Shown one piece after another: positions 50,039 to 62,915 of a DNA stretch of 64,000 nt. The DNA comes from Anolis carolinensis (lineage: Eukaryota). The DNA is taken from assembly GCF_035594765.1 (NCBI RefSeq), contig NC_085844.1:60341923-60405922 (forward strand), in the 5' to 3' direction. Numbering within the stretch: position 1 is the first letter of the stretch; every line of letters starts with the position of its first letter. A program made the translations under genes and the position numbers. The notes beneath the pieces were generated by a model. The model made no database searches. It saw only the letters and a list, made by a program, of their open reading frames with translations, and was not told where the DNA came from.

Positions 50039-50086
<48 letters not shown>
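49742..50086 (-). mobile_element. R4/Dong LINE 3' fragment embedded in (TAA)n
   Basis: Minus strand VQVVPVVMGTLGAVPKDL..HLETIDIDKITICQLQKATLLGSARIIRKYITQS*; (TTA)n on both sides. Confidence 0.85.
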
Positions 50087-50088
<2 letters not shown>

Positions 50089-50409
50089 CATACTGGCACT
50101 ACATATTATGCATTCTTTCTTCATTTTTCTCATGCTTTGTGAGTATTATTTTCTTGCATGGCTGGTTTTATGTTTAAACAGATTAGTGGTTAAGCACTAA
50201 CTTATAATGAACCAAGCTGTAACACATTGACATATTTCCTTAGTTAAAAGAGAAAGCTTTTTAAAAGCACTTTAAATAGCACCCACTTTAATTCTGGACA
50301 TAAATTTTATTGACATTTTAGCACTTTCTTAGATGCAAATGAAATGTAATGGAAGTCTTGTTTGCATAATAATAGATTTCATTATTTGTTTATAAATGTT
50401 GATCTAAGA

Positions 50410-51039
50410 CAGTGGTTCTCAAAGAGTGCTATGCGGAGCCCTTGAGGCTCTATGAAGCATACTGAGGGGGCTCCATGCTTCCCTCTCTCTCTTTATCCCC
50501 CCCCCCCCGCTCCAAACTTTCCCTCCTCTTTCCTGCTCCCCACCCACCCCAAACCCCTCCTTGCCTCCAAAAGCCTTTCCCCCTTGTATTCTGTGCTGCC
50601 CAGGGCCTTTCCCCCTTGCCTTCCTTGCTTCCACAACCCTATTTTCCTCCCACCACTTAGGGGGTGCTTTGATTGTGCTTTCCTTGCATGGCCAAAGGGG
50701 CTTGGACTGGATGGCCTTGAGGTCTTCCACTGAAATACTGTTAAGTTTATGTTAGTTAAAATTGTTCTTTTTTCTTTCCTTTCCTTCTTTCTTCTATTCC
50801 ATTGTGCATAGGAATTTGTTCATGTTTTTTTCAGTTACTTCACACAAACACTTCATCCATCTGCCACTGGCCTGGCCCGTCTGTCAAATTTTATAACACA
50901 ATGCAGCAAAACATTTGCCCATGCCTGATATACATACATACTATAATATATAATATAAAATATAAACATTTCTTGGGGCTCCAGGTTAAACTTTTGCTTC
51001 AAAAAGGGCTCCATGGCTGAAAAGGTTTGAGAATCCCTG
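50410..51039. mobile_element. Non-autonomous hAT element containing a CR1 tail fragment
   Basis: TIR cagtggttctcaaa / tttgagaatccctg; perfect 8-bp TSD atctaaga (50402-09, 51040-47). Confidence 0.85.
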
Positions 51040-51299
51040 ATCTAAGAAAATTACTTGTTTTTATTTATGGTGATAATTAATTTTATCCCACCTTTTTTTC
51101 TAAAAAATGTGACTTGGTTGTTGTTGCATAACTTCCAAATTGACTTATGGCGGCCTTATAGGGTTTCCTTATATTCCATGGAGGTTTGTCATTAAAGTAA
51201 GGAAGTAAAGTCTTTAAAAAATTGAGATGAGCACCAACCCCCAGAGTCAGACATGACTGGACTTAACGTCAGGGGGATCCTTTATCTTTACATTTATTG

Positions 51300-51454
51300 T
51301 TCTTTTATTGTTGTTGGGGGGTTGCACTACAAATAAGACATGTGAAGTGTGCATAGGAATTTGTTGGGTTTTTTTTTTCAAATGATAATTTTGCCCCTCA
51401 GCAGTCTGAAGGATTGTGGGCCGGCCCTCTGCTTAAAAAGTTTGAGGACCCCTG
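51300..51454. mobile_element. hAT terminal fragment resembling the OC1/OposCharlie1 group, preceded by a Sauria tail (51223-51292)
   Basis: ttgcactacaaataagacatgtg..gtgcataggaatttgtt...aaaaagtttgaggacccctg; family recognised from memory. Confidence 0.55.
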
Positions 51455-51607
51455 CGTTAAACCATAAGTAGTACTAAACCTATTGAAATGAAGGACCTCT
51501 GGTCCAAGAATACCATATAATTAAATAATAAATAAAGAAGAGCTTTATTTATATCCCACCCCATCTCCCCAAGGGGACTCAGAGCGGCTCAATTAGTTTA
51601 ATAATCA

Positions 51608-51841
51608 GGGTTGTTGTATGTTTTCCGGGCTGTATGGCCATGTTCCAGAAGTATTCTCTCCTGACATTTCGCCCACATCTATGGCAGGCATCCTCAGAGG
51701 TTGTGAGGCAGACAACCTCTAGGGATGCATGCCATAGACGTGGGCGAAACGTCAAGAGAGAATACTTCTGGAACATGGCCATACAGCCCGGAAAACATAC
51801 AACAACCCTGTGATCCCGGCCATGAAAGCCTTCGACAACAC
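51608..51841. mobile_element. Penelope insertion made of two inverted terminal units
   Basis: 51608-51708 is the reverse complement of ~51712-51810; 13-bp TSD agtttaataatca at 51595-607 and 51842-54. Confidence 0.85.
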
Positions 51842-51854
51842 AGTTTAATAATCA

Positions 51855-52510
51855 ATTAGTTTCCGGGCAAAGTACAAGGTGTTGGTTTTGATCTTTAAAG
51901 CCCTACTTGATTTGAGTGCAGGTTACCTACAGGATTGCCATTCCCCATAAAATCTGCCCTGCACGGTTTGTGAGTTGACTACTCCAATCAGCCAGAACCC
52001 GACTGGCAACCATCACCCAGGGGACCTTTATATTGGCCACTCCATGACTGTGGAACAACCTACTGAAAAAGATCCGACAGCTAAATGAGCTGTCAGAATT
52101 TAAAACTCATCTGAAGACCTATCTCTTCTGGCAAACCTACCCAGCCATTTTTAATTAGGAATATTAAACTTGCGTCCTATATTTTAATCTTTATTCTGTG
52201 TATTTTAATATGTATTTCATCAGAATTCATTTTAATATGTGTTTTATAAAATGTTTACAATAATTATGTGTTTTAACTGTGTTGTAACCTTACCTCCAGC
52301 GGGAAAGTAACGGCGCTCCATGCAGTCATGCTGGCCACATGACCTTGGAGGTGTCTATGGACAACGCCGGCTCTTTAGCTTAGAAATGGAGATGAGCACC
52401 AACCCCCAGAGTCAGACATGACTGGACTTAATGTCAGGGGAAACCTTTACCTTTTTAACCTGCCTCAAGCCATGAGACGGATAAGAAATAAAATTGTTAT
52501 TGTTGTTACT
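51855..52510 (+). mobile_element. L2 3' fragment with nested Sauria 3' half (52295-52455)
   Basis: FRAKYKVLVLIFKAL...ATPxLWNNL...FKTHLKTYLF plus tail. Confidence 0.75.
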
Positions 52511-54429
52511 ACTGCTACTACTATTATTATTGTCATTCTGGAGACTTAGAATATCCTTAGAAACAAATAAAACTACAGATACTGGCCCCATGGATATGGT
52601 GTTAAACTGTGTATCTCTGTGAGAGATCTAGTATGAGTGCTTTTGCCAATTTTAAAAGATCCACATGATTAAATGGTAAACATTGAAAAAAATACTATCA
52701 TAAATGTTCATTTTTCCAAATAACAACAACAACAATTTTACATGGGAACCAAGCCCAATAATACAACAATAGAATACAACAACATAAAATACATTCAATT
52801 ATAATGAATTAATACATAAAACATAAAAATCATAAAAGCATAAACTCAACAGCAACTGATAACCAATGTTCTTCCTGAGCTATTTTATGTATTATGTTGT
52901 ACATAAGTATTCTGGACAGGATGCAACTGATACGGAGAATCCATGTTGCTGCCTTTTTTAACAGTTAATTGAGGGTGACTTATAGCCTTCTGGTAGAAAA
53001 CAAACAAATCATTTTTCTTGTACTTTCACTCTCACAAGAGGGCCCTTATGAATCTCCAAGGCTACTAGAAGCTGATGGAGCTTTTATTTCTTTTCTTATG
53101 AAGTGGATAAAAGGTTTTAAGTCTTGACACAAACAGGAGAATACAGTCAAAGCATTTATCCTGAAGGCACCAAGCCTTTAAATAGTTACTATGCTCCGTT
53201 TCCCTCAAGGACCAGTAACAACTCCCTTGTTCTTTGTTCTTCTGGACCATGCATTACTAGAAGCACTATGCTCTTTTCTGTCTCAGCACATGCCAAAACT
53301 TTCATTATGTTTAGTTTGAAAGGGGTCTATTGCCACAGAATTATGGCAAAACTCTATCTCTTCTGTTTCGAGTGTCTTCATTAAAACATCAGTCTACTAA
53401 AGGTAAGATTTCCAGATTTATATCCCATCATTATTTTCCTCTCTATTTTTTTTCTTGAGGAGTAGAAAGAAATAATGAAGGTATGAAATTACAACCAGTG
53501 AAAAAATATATTATTGAATTTTTAAGCATAGAGGAAGGTAAAAAAGAAGAGATAGTGATTTGTAAAATAACATTAGGATATTCTGAAGTTGAGTATGTTT
53601 GAATGAGATCACATATGTTTTGTTTCTCTGAAAAGCTTGAATCATCATGACTTAAAATAGATGTTCCATTGATAATAGTAAATTTGACAAAAGTTTAGTA
53701 GTCCAGCATTATGATGCTTAATCTCAGCAACTACTTTATTTTGTGAAACATAATAAAGTTTTAATTAAATTTAAATTAAGGGATTTAAATTAAAAGTAAA
53801 ACAGAAGATAGATAGGGAAATGGAGAAGTTTTGTTTCACACTATTTCAGAAAACGTTTAAATCATTAAACGTCCTATTTCTCACTACCGTATGTATGAAC
53901 CAATCCTAGAGTCTTACTTCAGGGAGAGTCATATTCGGCTCAATAGGTAACTACGTAAAGGATTAAACTGATAATGCCATAATAGCTTTTGTGTAATTGC
54001 ATACTGTTATTAAAATTACAAACAAAATGTTTCTCCTAAGCACTCTGCTAAGGTAAGTGCTCATTATTTTAATACTTGCAAAAAATCTGTGGATCTTAGC
54101 AAATGCTCTTGTGGTATGTATCAAAACACAGTCTTCAATATCATTTTTTTATCACAACATTCTTTTAAAATATATATTTACTTGAAAGTGCACAGCATTG
54201 ATAACCACATTCGTAATTCAGTGTTGAATGTATTACACTGTCTTGTGCCAGTGTACTCTGATTTTCATTGTAAAAAGCAAACATGATATATTTTTTATTT
54301 CCATCCTTTGAAATATTAATTCTTTTTCTATTAAAAGAGTATCAGCATATGTATACCATGTGTAATAGTCATTGCCAGAAGACACTGCATGTGTTTCATG
54401 GGAGGGATATGGATGCATCATCATCACTG

Positions 54430-54890
54430 CCATAGGAAATCACTTGTGGCAGAGTCTGGGGCCCTTCCACAGAGCTGTATAACCCAGAATATCAAGGCAG
54501 AAAATCCCACAATATCTGCTTTGAACTGGGTTATCTGAGTCCACACTGCCATATATTCAAAGCAGAAAATGTGGGATTTTATTCAGCTGTGTGGAAGGGG
54601 CCTCTGATTGTCTTCCAAGGATAGAGTCTTGGCAGTGGGTCCATAAGTAACAGTGAAGACCTATTCTGGATCTAAATGGTCTTTTACAATGGAGACATGG
54701 ATTTCCAGATGGAAGGAGGTCAGTACAAGGATTTGCTTGATATGCCTTACTCTCAGTGCATTTCTTCTTTTTGACCCATATGCATGCCTCTTCAAAATCC
54801 ATTGGTAACAGCTGACCTCCAGTTACTAGGCTTAGGTGCCAGGGCTTCCCAGTTCTTGGTGTTTATACCACATATGTTTCAGTTAGCTTT
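54430..54890 (-). mobile_element. RTE-clade LINE 3' fragment with nested MITE
   Basis: Minus strand NWEALA..WRSAV..FEEA..ANP..LPSGNPCLHCKRPFRSRIGLHCYLWTHC (C2H2-like end). Confidence 0.8.
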
Positions 54891-55438
54891 TGAAGACAAT
54901 GCTGATGCATAACAGTTGTGATCAGATGCCATAGCTGCACTCATAGGAGCTCTGGTTTATCATAAGATCCAAACCCAGCCACTGTCTTGATTTATACAAA
55001 CTGTTCTCAAGGACTCTGATGTTGAAGAATAAGCAAAATCCCCCTTCCCGTGTGCCAGAAAACAGTATTGTATTTTTGTCCATTGATTATAACTGCTTCT
55101 TTCTATTACTGGTAGCCAATAGATTGCAGATCAGCACTGGTTTAGTGACCACCACCTTGAGTAGCAGTATACAACCCCTCCGTGAAATTGCAGAAAAACC
55201 AGTGAATCAATATGTCAGAAGTATGTTTAATACATACTTTTTATACACAATGGTGCTACTAAAGTGTTGTGATTTTTTTTTAAAGTAGCCTGCAGTTATG
55301 TGGTATTTGGGAGATCAAAGCTGCATTATACATGAATTTACTGCTTAGGAATGACGCTCAACATAAATAGTAGTTATATTATCTCAAGTGAAGTGTACTC
55401 AATACAGGAGAGAGCAAAATTAGAGTATATGGTAATAT

Positions 55439-55942
55439 GGAGCTCCCGGTAGTGCAGTGGGTTAAACCGCTGAGCTACAGAAATTGCTGACTGAAAGGTT
55501 GGCAGTTCAAATCTGCAGAGTGGAGTGAGCTCCCACTGTTAGCCCCAACTTCTGTTGGGGCTAACAGTGGGGCTAGCATGTTTTCGAACTGCTAGGTTGG
55601 CAGAATCATAGAATCGTAGAGTTGGAAGAGACCTCACGGGCCATCCGGTCCAACCCCCTGCAAGAAGTTTTGAATGAGATTTTCCTGCTTCTTGCAGGGG
55701 GTTGGACTGGATGGCCCGTGAGGTCTCTTCCAACTCTACGATTCTGTGATTCTATCATTCTATGATTCTGCCAACCTAGTAGTTCAAAAACATGCAATTT
55801 TGAGTGGATCAATAGGTACTGCTCCAGTGGGAAATTAACGGTGCTCCATGCAGTCATGCCAGCCACATGATCTTGGAGGCGTCTGTGGAGAGCACTGGCT
55901 CTTTGGCTTAGAAATGGAAATGAGCAGCAACCCCCCAGAGGT
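55439..55942 (+). mobile_element. Sauria SINE interrupted by a CR1 tail with templated inverted duplications
   Basis: SINE 55439-55554 and 55766-55942; CR1 tail 55668-55765; inverted copies 55554-55667. Confidence 0.85.
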
Positions 55943-56729
55943 TGACTTACAATCCAGGCTTCCCAATGATATTTTAGTAGACAAGATTATAACTATATAG
56001 GAAGATGTTAACTGCTCCCACTTAAATCTAGTCTCTGCCATAAATGACTAACTTGCCTCTCAATAGGAAGGGGCTGTAAAATGCATTGTAAGTAAAAGGA
56101 AAGATAGATCATTTGGTAGGCACAAGAGGAAGATAGCATTATAGCCCACTTATTGTGCTTACATTATTTTAGTGTTAGAAAGTAGGGAGTATTGACAGAA
56201 TTTTTGACATATGGGAAATCATTCACAGAACATAATCCCTTAGATGATTCATAAGATTTATCAAGCCACAAGGGAAAATGCTATGAAGGTAATAAAATGT
56301 TAGTTTTTACCAACTTTTTAAAGTTTGAACATTTGCATCTGTTCTTCCATTGAATTCCTAGCAAATGTTTGTCACACCCAAGAAATATGCTATCATCCTG
56401 AGGAGAAGCTAATACTTAATAGGAGCCCTATTCTACTTTGAGCAGTGGCTAAAGGACGAACTGCATTAGCTTTGGTCAATAAACAAGGGGCTTTTATCTT
56501 CACAGCAGAAACATTTAGTATCTTATCTCTAAGTATGAACAAGAACAAACATTCTGGCAAGGTTTTCCATGAAGAAATTTAAATGGCAGATGGTTTATCA
56601 TCATCATCATCATCATCATCAATATCAATCATTATTTTGGTCCAAAGACCCAATTTGCTCAGCAGAAAAAGTTCACAAAAGATTCATAAACTGATAAAGC
56701 CACTCAAAAACAGGATGGTGAAATTCTTG

Positions 56730-56848
56730 ATCGGGCATGGGCAAACTTTGGCCCTCCAGGTGTTTTGGATTTCAACTCCAACCAGCTGTTAGAAATTATG
56801 GGGGTTGAAGTCTGAAACACTTGGAGTGCCAAATTTTGTCCATGCCTC
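56730..56848. mobile_element. hAT MITE (same family as 22837-22970)
   Basis: gggcatgggcaaactt...aattttgtccatgcct. Confidence 0.75.
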
Positions 56849-56903
56849 TTCTAGATGCACATGAATATGGGTAAAAACACTGCAAATATATATAAGGCAA
56901 GAT

Positions 56904-58220
56904 TCAACCTGATTCTAATATAGGAAGGTGTCTAATCCTGGCTACCTCAGAGAGAAACTTGGCAACAGCCAAGGTCACATGGGAGAAATTGTCACCTAAT
57001 AAAAACTTTACTTGAAATTGTGCAGATCTACTGGGTAGGTTGCTCAGTAGTGGGTTAATATTATGTAGCTGAGCCTGCTTGCAAAAACTGCAGGACAATA
57101 AGATGTAATACAGCTGAAGACCTGGATGTGGGACCAAGCTTTTGGCCCATCCTAAGATACGGTTGATATAATCTGATGTATTTGTTGGATTAATGTGAAA
57201 TTGAATACAGACTGGCTCTGACTTTTGGCCCAATGCTACTGGCCCTCTTGTAATGGTCACACAGTGTTTTACTGTTTTAAATGGGGTATGATATTGGTTT
57301 TTAAGTGTGTTTTTACGATCATTTGTTTTACTATATTTTGTATTATATGTGGCATTAATCTTGCCATTGTGTAAGACCGCTCTGGGTCCCCCTGGGGGAG
57401 AAGAGCGGTATATAAATTAAATAAATAAATAAATAATACATTCAACATCCTGGTTACTGCATGAGCAAAGTCTTGCATTGTAAGGGACTCCCACAAATCT
57501 GCCTCGAAGCACTTTGGATGGGAACACATTGAACCTTGTTTTGGAAAATAAGCAACAATATTTGGCTACAGTCAAGTTCTTAAGATAATTTGTTTCATGA
57601 AAAGGCCCAGCATAATGTATGCTCAGGGTGCTTGGGAAACAAGAAACATATGAGCAAGAACTCAGTTCACAGAAGGCAATGCCCCACAGTCTTTGTTTAA
57701 TAGATTTAAGTGCCATGTCATAACACAGATGAGATAAGAGGGATGAAGAGAGGTCGATAGAAGAGGCCTTTTTAGAGTTAAGCTTGAACCAGTTGCTAAT
57801 GTAATCATCCTGGGCTAGATCGTGAATCAGACCTGAGCCCAGTCTGAAAACAGTAACCTTAATTCAATATTTAAAGGCCCACCACCAAACTCTTGTTGAG
57901 AGGGGGATTTCTCAGATTCTAACAGCAAGACACAGAATGACACACATCTGGGGAACTGGAAGAGGGCCCTCAAGAACCTTGATTGGTGCTGATCTATCTT
58001 AGGTGTTGAACCACTAATCCAGATGCTGGATGCATAAAGCAACTGGGTAGTTGTCTTGGCATTAAAAACGTTAATAGCCGTTGGTATATACCAACCCTCT
58101 TTGTTAATGCTAAAACATGTAATGGCTGATCTACTTTTGTGCTTTCAGGGAAATAGAAGATATGTGAGTGGACCAGCACAGAGTGTGATGGAAAAGCAGC
58201 CCCAGATATTGTTTATGACT
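56904..58220 (-). mobile_element. Old RTE-X-like LINE 3' fragment, interrupted by an L2 3' end (57111-57433, +)
   Basis: LYASSIW..QSRFLRALFQFPRCVS; RFNVFPSKVLRGRF..VPYNARLCSC..VEC|ILLSCSFC..FLLGDN..VAKFL; L2 insert flanked by taataca. Confidence 0.7.
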
Positions 58221-58489
58221 TAGAATAGCTGAGATTCTGTAGAAGATGGAAATAATTAATAATTCAAGAACTTTATATAGACTCTTGCATTGTCAGAGAA
58301 TTTGACTTAAAAACTAAAATGAGCTATGTGGACACATAAAAACAGATAAGTTTGACAATACCAGATGATATTTTATTCTTTTCACAAGTCTGTCTACTCA
58401 TTGTCTCCAAATTGGCAGACCATATCTTTGAGGAATGCATTTCATTCTTTATTGAGGCCTATCTGAACTGACTAGTTAATCACTGGAAA

Positions 58490-58592
58490 TGGCCATCTGT
58501 CAGTGGTACTTTGATTGTGTTTTTCCTGCATGGCAGAGGGTTGGACTAGATGGCCCATATGGTCTCTTTCAACTCTATTATTCTATGATTCT
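58490..58592 (+). mobile_element. CR1 3' tail
   Basis: ggccatctgtc...gggttggactagatggccc...attctatgattct. Confidence 0.85.
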
Positions 58593-59844
58593 AGGTTTAC
58601 ACACACACACTTGTCCCCAACCCAAGATAGTGCTGGGTCAGATTTAAGCCTTGATGCACTGTCACCTTACCATCCACCTTGCTGTTGCCACTTCGAGAAG
58701 GCTACAGAGTCATTACCCACTTCCAGTTGTTAACCCGGTGTACCCAGTAATAACCACTGGAAGTGGCAAAGTGTCATGGAGACAATCAGAATTAAATGCA
58801 CAGTGAATGCAGGTTATAAAGCCTGTGTAGCCAAGCCCTTAGAAACAAGCAGTTAATGTTCACCTGAACGAAACAATTTCTGATTTCAAAGGTTTTTTGT
58901 GAGTTATTGTATTTGCCTCTGAATTGTTTCTTCCTTGTCTGTAATAAGTGCTTATACAAAGTGTCCAAAAATCTCCATAAATGATACATTATATTCTATT
59001 TTATATTTTTAGTATTTTTATATATTTTATATTTTTACAATGGCAGTGAAGGTGGATGAAGGCTGCAACAGATAAGTGGCGATCAATCATAAGTGGCGAT
59101 CAATCCGTGCCATTGGATTAGAATCTCTTTCTGTAAAGATTGTATGTTGGTCACTGTGCACTGATTCCCACGCATAAAACAAATCCATGCATAGGTGTCT
59201 TCCAAGCAAACCTTTGGAAGACAATCAAACTTAGTCACAAGTGATTGCCTATGATGAATGTGCTTGAGTAATTTGATCACAGAAATAAATGCATTTCTTC
59301 AAACAATAAAAGAAACACATTTAGAGTTTTCTATTATTCAGTTACTTTTACTTAATTATTCCACAATGTTTTCATCACTTAGGAAGTTATTTAAGAGCCA
59401 AAATGAATTAGAAATAAATCAGCAATATAGATAGTATCTGAGGGTTTCTTTCTTTTTATATTTACCTTTGCTTATTGAATTATTTAAGATTCCCCTACTT
59501 CCATGTGTCTTAGGTTTGCAGTAGCAACTGTATCTTGTACATGTTATAAATAATTTGTACAGTCTTGTGTGAGTTGCTGGCAAAAACTTGCCAATAGCCA
59601 CATTCCTGATTAAGTATAGTGCCCATTCAGGTACGATTTCTATTTTTTCCCTGTGTGTAGCAACACTCTATTATAGAGTGCATATAAATGATTAAAGTAG
59701 TCACACAAGTCAGAAGTACTGCTGAGTGTGTACTGAAGATAATAAGACCTTTCACAGACATGTCCAGAAGATCCTGACACAAAGGATCTAATACCACTGT
59801 TTCACATATGACCCATTTTTATGCGGCAACTTTGTTGGTCAGTA

Positions 59845-60263
59845 CCCTGTTTCCCCTAAAATAAGACATCCCCAGAAAATAAGACCTAGTAGAGGTTTTG
59901 CTGAATTGCTAAATATAAGGCCTCCCCAGAAAGTAAGACCTAGCAAAGTTTTTGTTTGGAAGCATGCCCAACGAACAGAACACCAGAGCATGCAGGATCG
60001 GTAAATGTACGTACCATAGAGTGGTGTACATGGAAATAATGGTAGTAACAAGAAATTCTTGATAGGATTCACAATTGGTCTGGTTATGCTGGTTTGTGAT
60101 GAGAACTACTGTACAGTATATAATAAATGTTCATTTTTTTGTTCAACAATAAATGTGAATTCTTATTCATGGAAAAATAAGACATCCCCTGAAAATAAGA
60201 CCTAGAGCATCTTTGGGAGCAAAAATTAATATAAGACACTGTCTTATTTTCGGGGAAACACGG
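59845..60263. mobile_element. Tc1/mariner (pogo/Tigger-like) MITE
   Basis: TIR cc(c/g)tgtttcccc(t/g)aaaataagaca; TA TSD. Confidence 0.85.
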
Positions 60264-60323
60264 TATATGCATGAAAACCTTTCTTATATTCCAGTTATTA
60301 ACTAGAAAATTCAAAGATCTAGT

Positions 60324-60641
60324 GCAGGCCAAGCATTCCTTGTCCAAAGTGTTTTGGATTTTTTGGGACGTTGGAATATCTATAGTTGCATACATTTGCA
60401 TATCTTGGGATATCTTGAGGATGAGACCCAAATCTAAACCCGAAATTGATTTGAGCGTCATAAATGCTTATTGATGTAGCCTGAAGGTTAATTTATACAC
60501 AATATTTTTAATAATTGTGTGGATGAAACAAAGTTTGGGAACAGCAAACCATCCAAAAAAGATATCACTCTTTTTGCCATTCATGTGAACAATTTTGAAG
60601 TATTTCAGATTTTGAAATTCCAGATAAGAGATTCTCAACTG
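60324..60641. mobile_element. Degraded Tigger-like MITE; another at ~61345-61595
   Basis: Imperfect TIRs cagg..agcattccttgtcc / gataagagattctcaactg. Confidence 0.5.
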
Positions 60642-62554
60642 GCACAAATTCAGCTGTTATCCAGTCCATTTCTGAGTTATATATTTTTACTACTGTTGCT
60701 AATTTTAATATTTGTCACTTTTTACTGATTGGGTTTTTTTTAGATGCCAGTAAGAGAATGAGAGAAAGAGAGTATACATATGCATGTTATGCGAATAGTC
60801 ATATACAGGTTTCTAGATTCAGTTCTTGGCATTTAGGTTAGTTAAAAGTTTTTTTGGGGGGGGGGAACTGTTGCAGCAGATTTCATGTCAATTAGAGTAA
60901 ATAAATAATACTGGCTTAAATGGACCATTCTGTAGTATCATCATGTGCTAAATAGGGACTGCAATGGGACTTTTATGGGTGGCCATGGGAAGCCTATTGA
61001 TGGCTTGAAAATGCAGTCCTACCTCCTAGGAGCAAATAGCTTCTGTACAAAATAATTCTGTTTTACCAGAGTTTACCATTTATGTAAGTATATGCAGTTG
61101 ACACTAGAATGTTCACTCATCTCTCCTTTTAGATGAGAATTAAATGTGTCTGCTAAGCACAGTGTAGTTTTGTTGCTGCTCTTCTGTTTTAAGGACTCTT
61201 CACATTATTTAATTGAATGGAAAGCACAGACGTTCTGTTATCATTATTCAGGCAATGATTAAGTGTCACCAAACTTGTTCAGTATGATTTATTTGACACA
61301 GAAGGACCTTTAATGGCAACTGTTTATTAGACAGATAAGGACTGTACAGTGGGTCTTGGTATGCACAGGGGATTGTGGGTGTGCACACACATACAAGCAC
61401 ACACATACAGATACCAAAACCCATGGCTGCTCGGTCCTGTTATACGTATACAATGGCATAGTAAAATGGTGTCCCTTATATAAAATGGCAAAATTTTCCC
61501 TTTTAGCTGTTTCCCTTTTAGCTGTTAAAAATGTTTTCAAACCATGGGCTGTTGACTCTGTTGATGTGGAATCTGTGGATATGAAGGGCTGACTGTTTCC
61601 TAATGTGACTTTTAGAAATTAATTCTGCTTTTCTTCAGAGATATGATAAAAAGTACATGGTTCAGCAACAGAAATAACAAATACCTAAAGGAAAACATCA
61701 ATCTCCTGTTGAGTCCCCCACTGGGGTGAGAAAAGGGGTATACAAATGAAGTAAATAAAGCATGCTGTTTGAAGCTCATGAATACCTCAATCATAGGCAA
61801 CATGATTTTCCAGAGTATTGCTATTTTGCAGGGTTTTTTTGTAGGATTTAAATCAAACTTATATCAGGACCAATTGAAGGCAGTTTCATGCCCTGGACAT
61901 ACAGTAAACACATAGCAAATGGCAGTTGAATCGAGTTGGTGGTTTTATATTGGGTAGAATGTGGCAACTGGTGTTGAATTTTCACTGGGTGGAGTTCTTA
62001 TTGCCTTCAATTATTCAACCCAGACATCATTTTTTTATTTGTTTTCCTCTTTGGTTTTATTTTACGGAATATTTATGGCTTGGACCAGAAGTTTCATGAT
62101 GTCTTGATTTAGAATTGAATTTGACTTGTGATCATGTTCACAGCAGTTGTTCAAAAGAAAAGTGGCAGCCAGACATTTGAATTAGTATACTAACAGTAAA
62201 GAAAAAGAAAAAAACATGTTGGGTGACTCTGTAATTGTTTTAGAAAAAGGAGAATTTTGGATATGTTTGGCAAAAAGTAATTTATTTGGATACATTTGTT
62301 GCTTCTGCTACATAGAGATTTAAAATATGTGAAGTTTGCTAACACAACTTAATTGAGCAGTGCAATTTCTATTTTGAATGCCATCACAAAAGGGAAGTGG
62401 TGGCAGGGCTGTTTTCCAGTGGGGCTATATATAGATAGATCATAAAATTTTATGCATACACCTTTCTGTATACTGTAAGGAATGCAGAACCCAAGTACTC
62501 ATAAAGTGAACATGCTAAAGTTGCCCTGGGCTGCAACTTTAGGAATATTAAGCT

Positions 62555-62915
62555 ATATTTATTGTGTCAGAAGCAAACTGAGGGTACAAGTTGTAATGTA
62601 TTTGAAAACACAATTAAAAAAAAACTTGGCATTACACTAAATGTCCTTTGACCAGTAGCTAGCTGGCCACTAGAGGTGCCTCTGGTGTTGCTATAAGAAG
62701 GTCCTCCATTGTGCATGTGACAGGGCTCAGACTGCATTGTAATAGGTGGTCTAGGGTTGGCTCTTCTCCACATTTGCATGCCATGAACTCCACTTTGTGG
62801 TCTTATTTCTTAAGGTTGGCTCTGCATCTCGTGGTGCCAGAGCACAGTCTGTTCAGCACCTTCCAAGTCGCCCAGTCTTCTGTGTGCCCAGGAGGGAGTC
62901 TCTCATCCAGCATCA
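62555..62915 (-). mobile_element. Vingi LINE 3' fragment
   Basis: Reverse complement of ~7470-7797 (LPPGHTEDWATWKVLNRLCSGTTRCRANLKK...YWSKDI*). Confidence 0.9.

Noticed and set aside
49882-50200. Poly-Tyr/Leu/Ile ORFs (also 20786-21055)
   Set aside because: Translations of (TTA)n microsatellites
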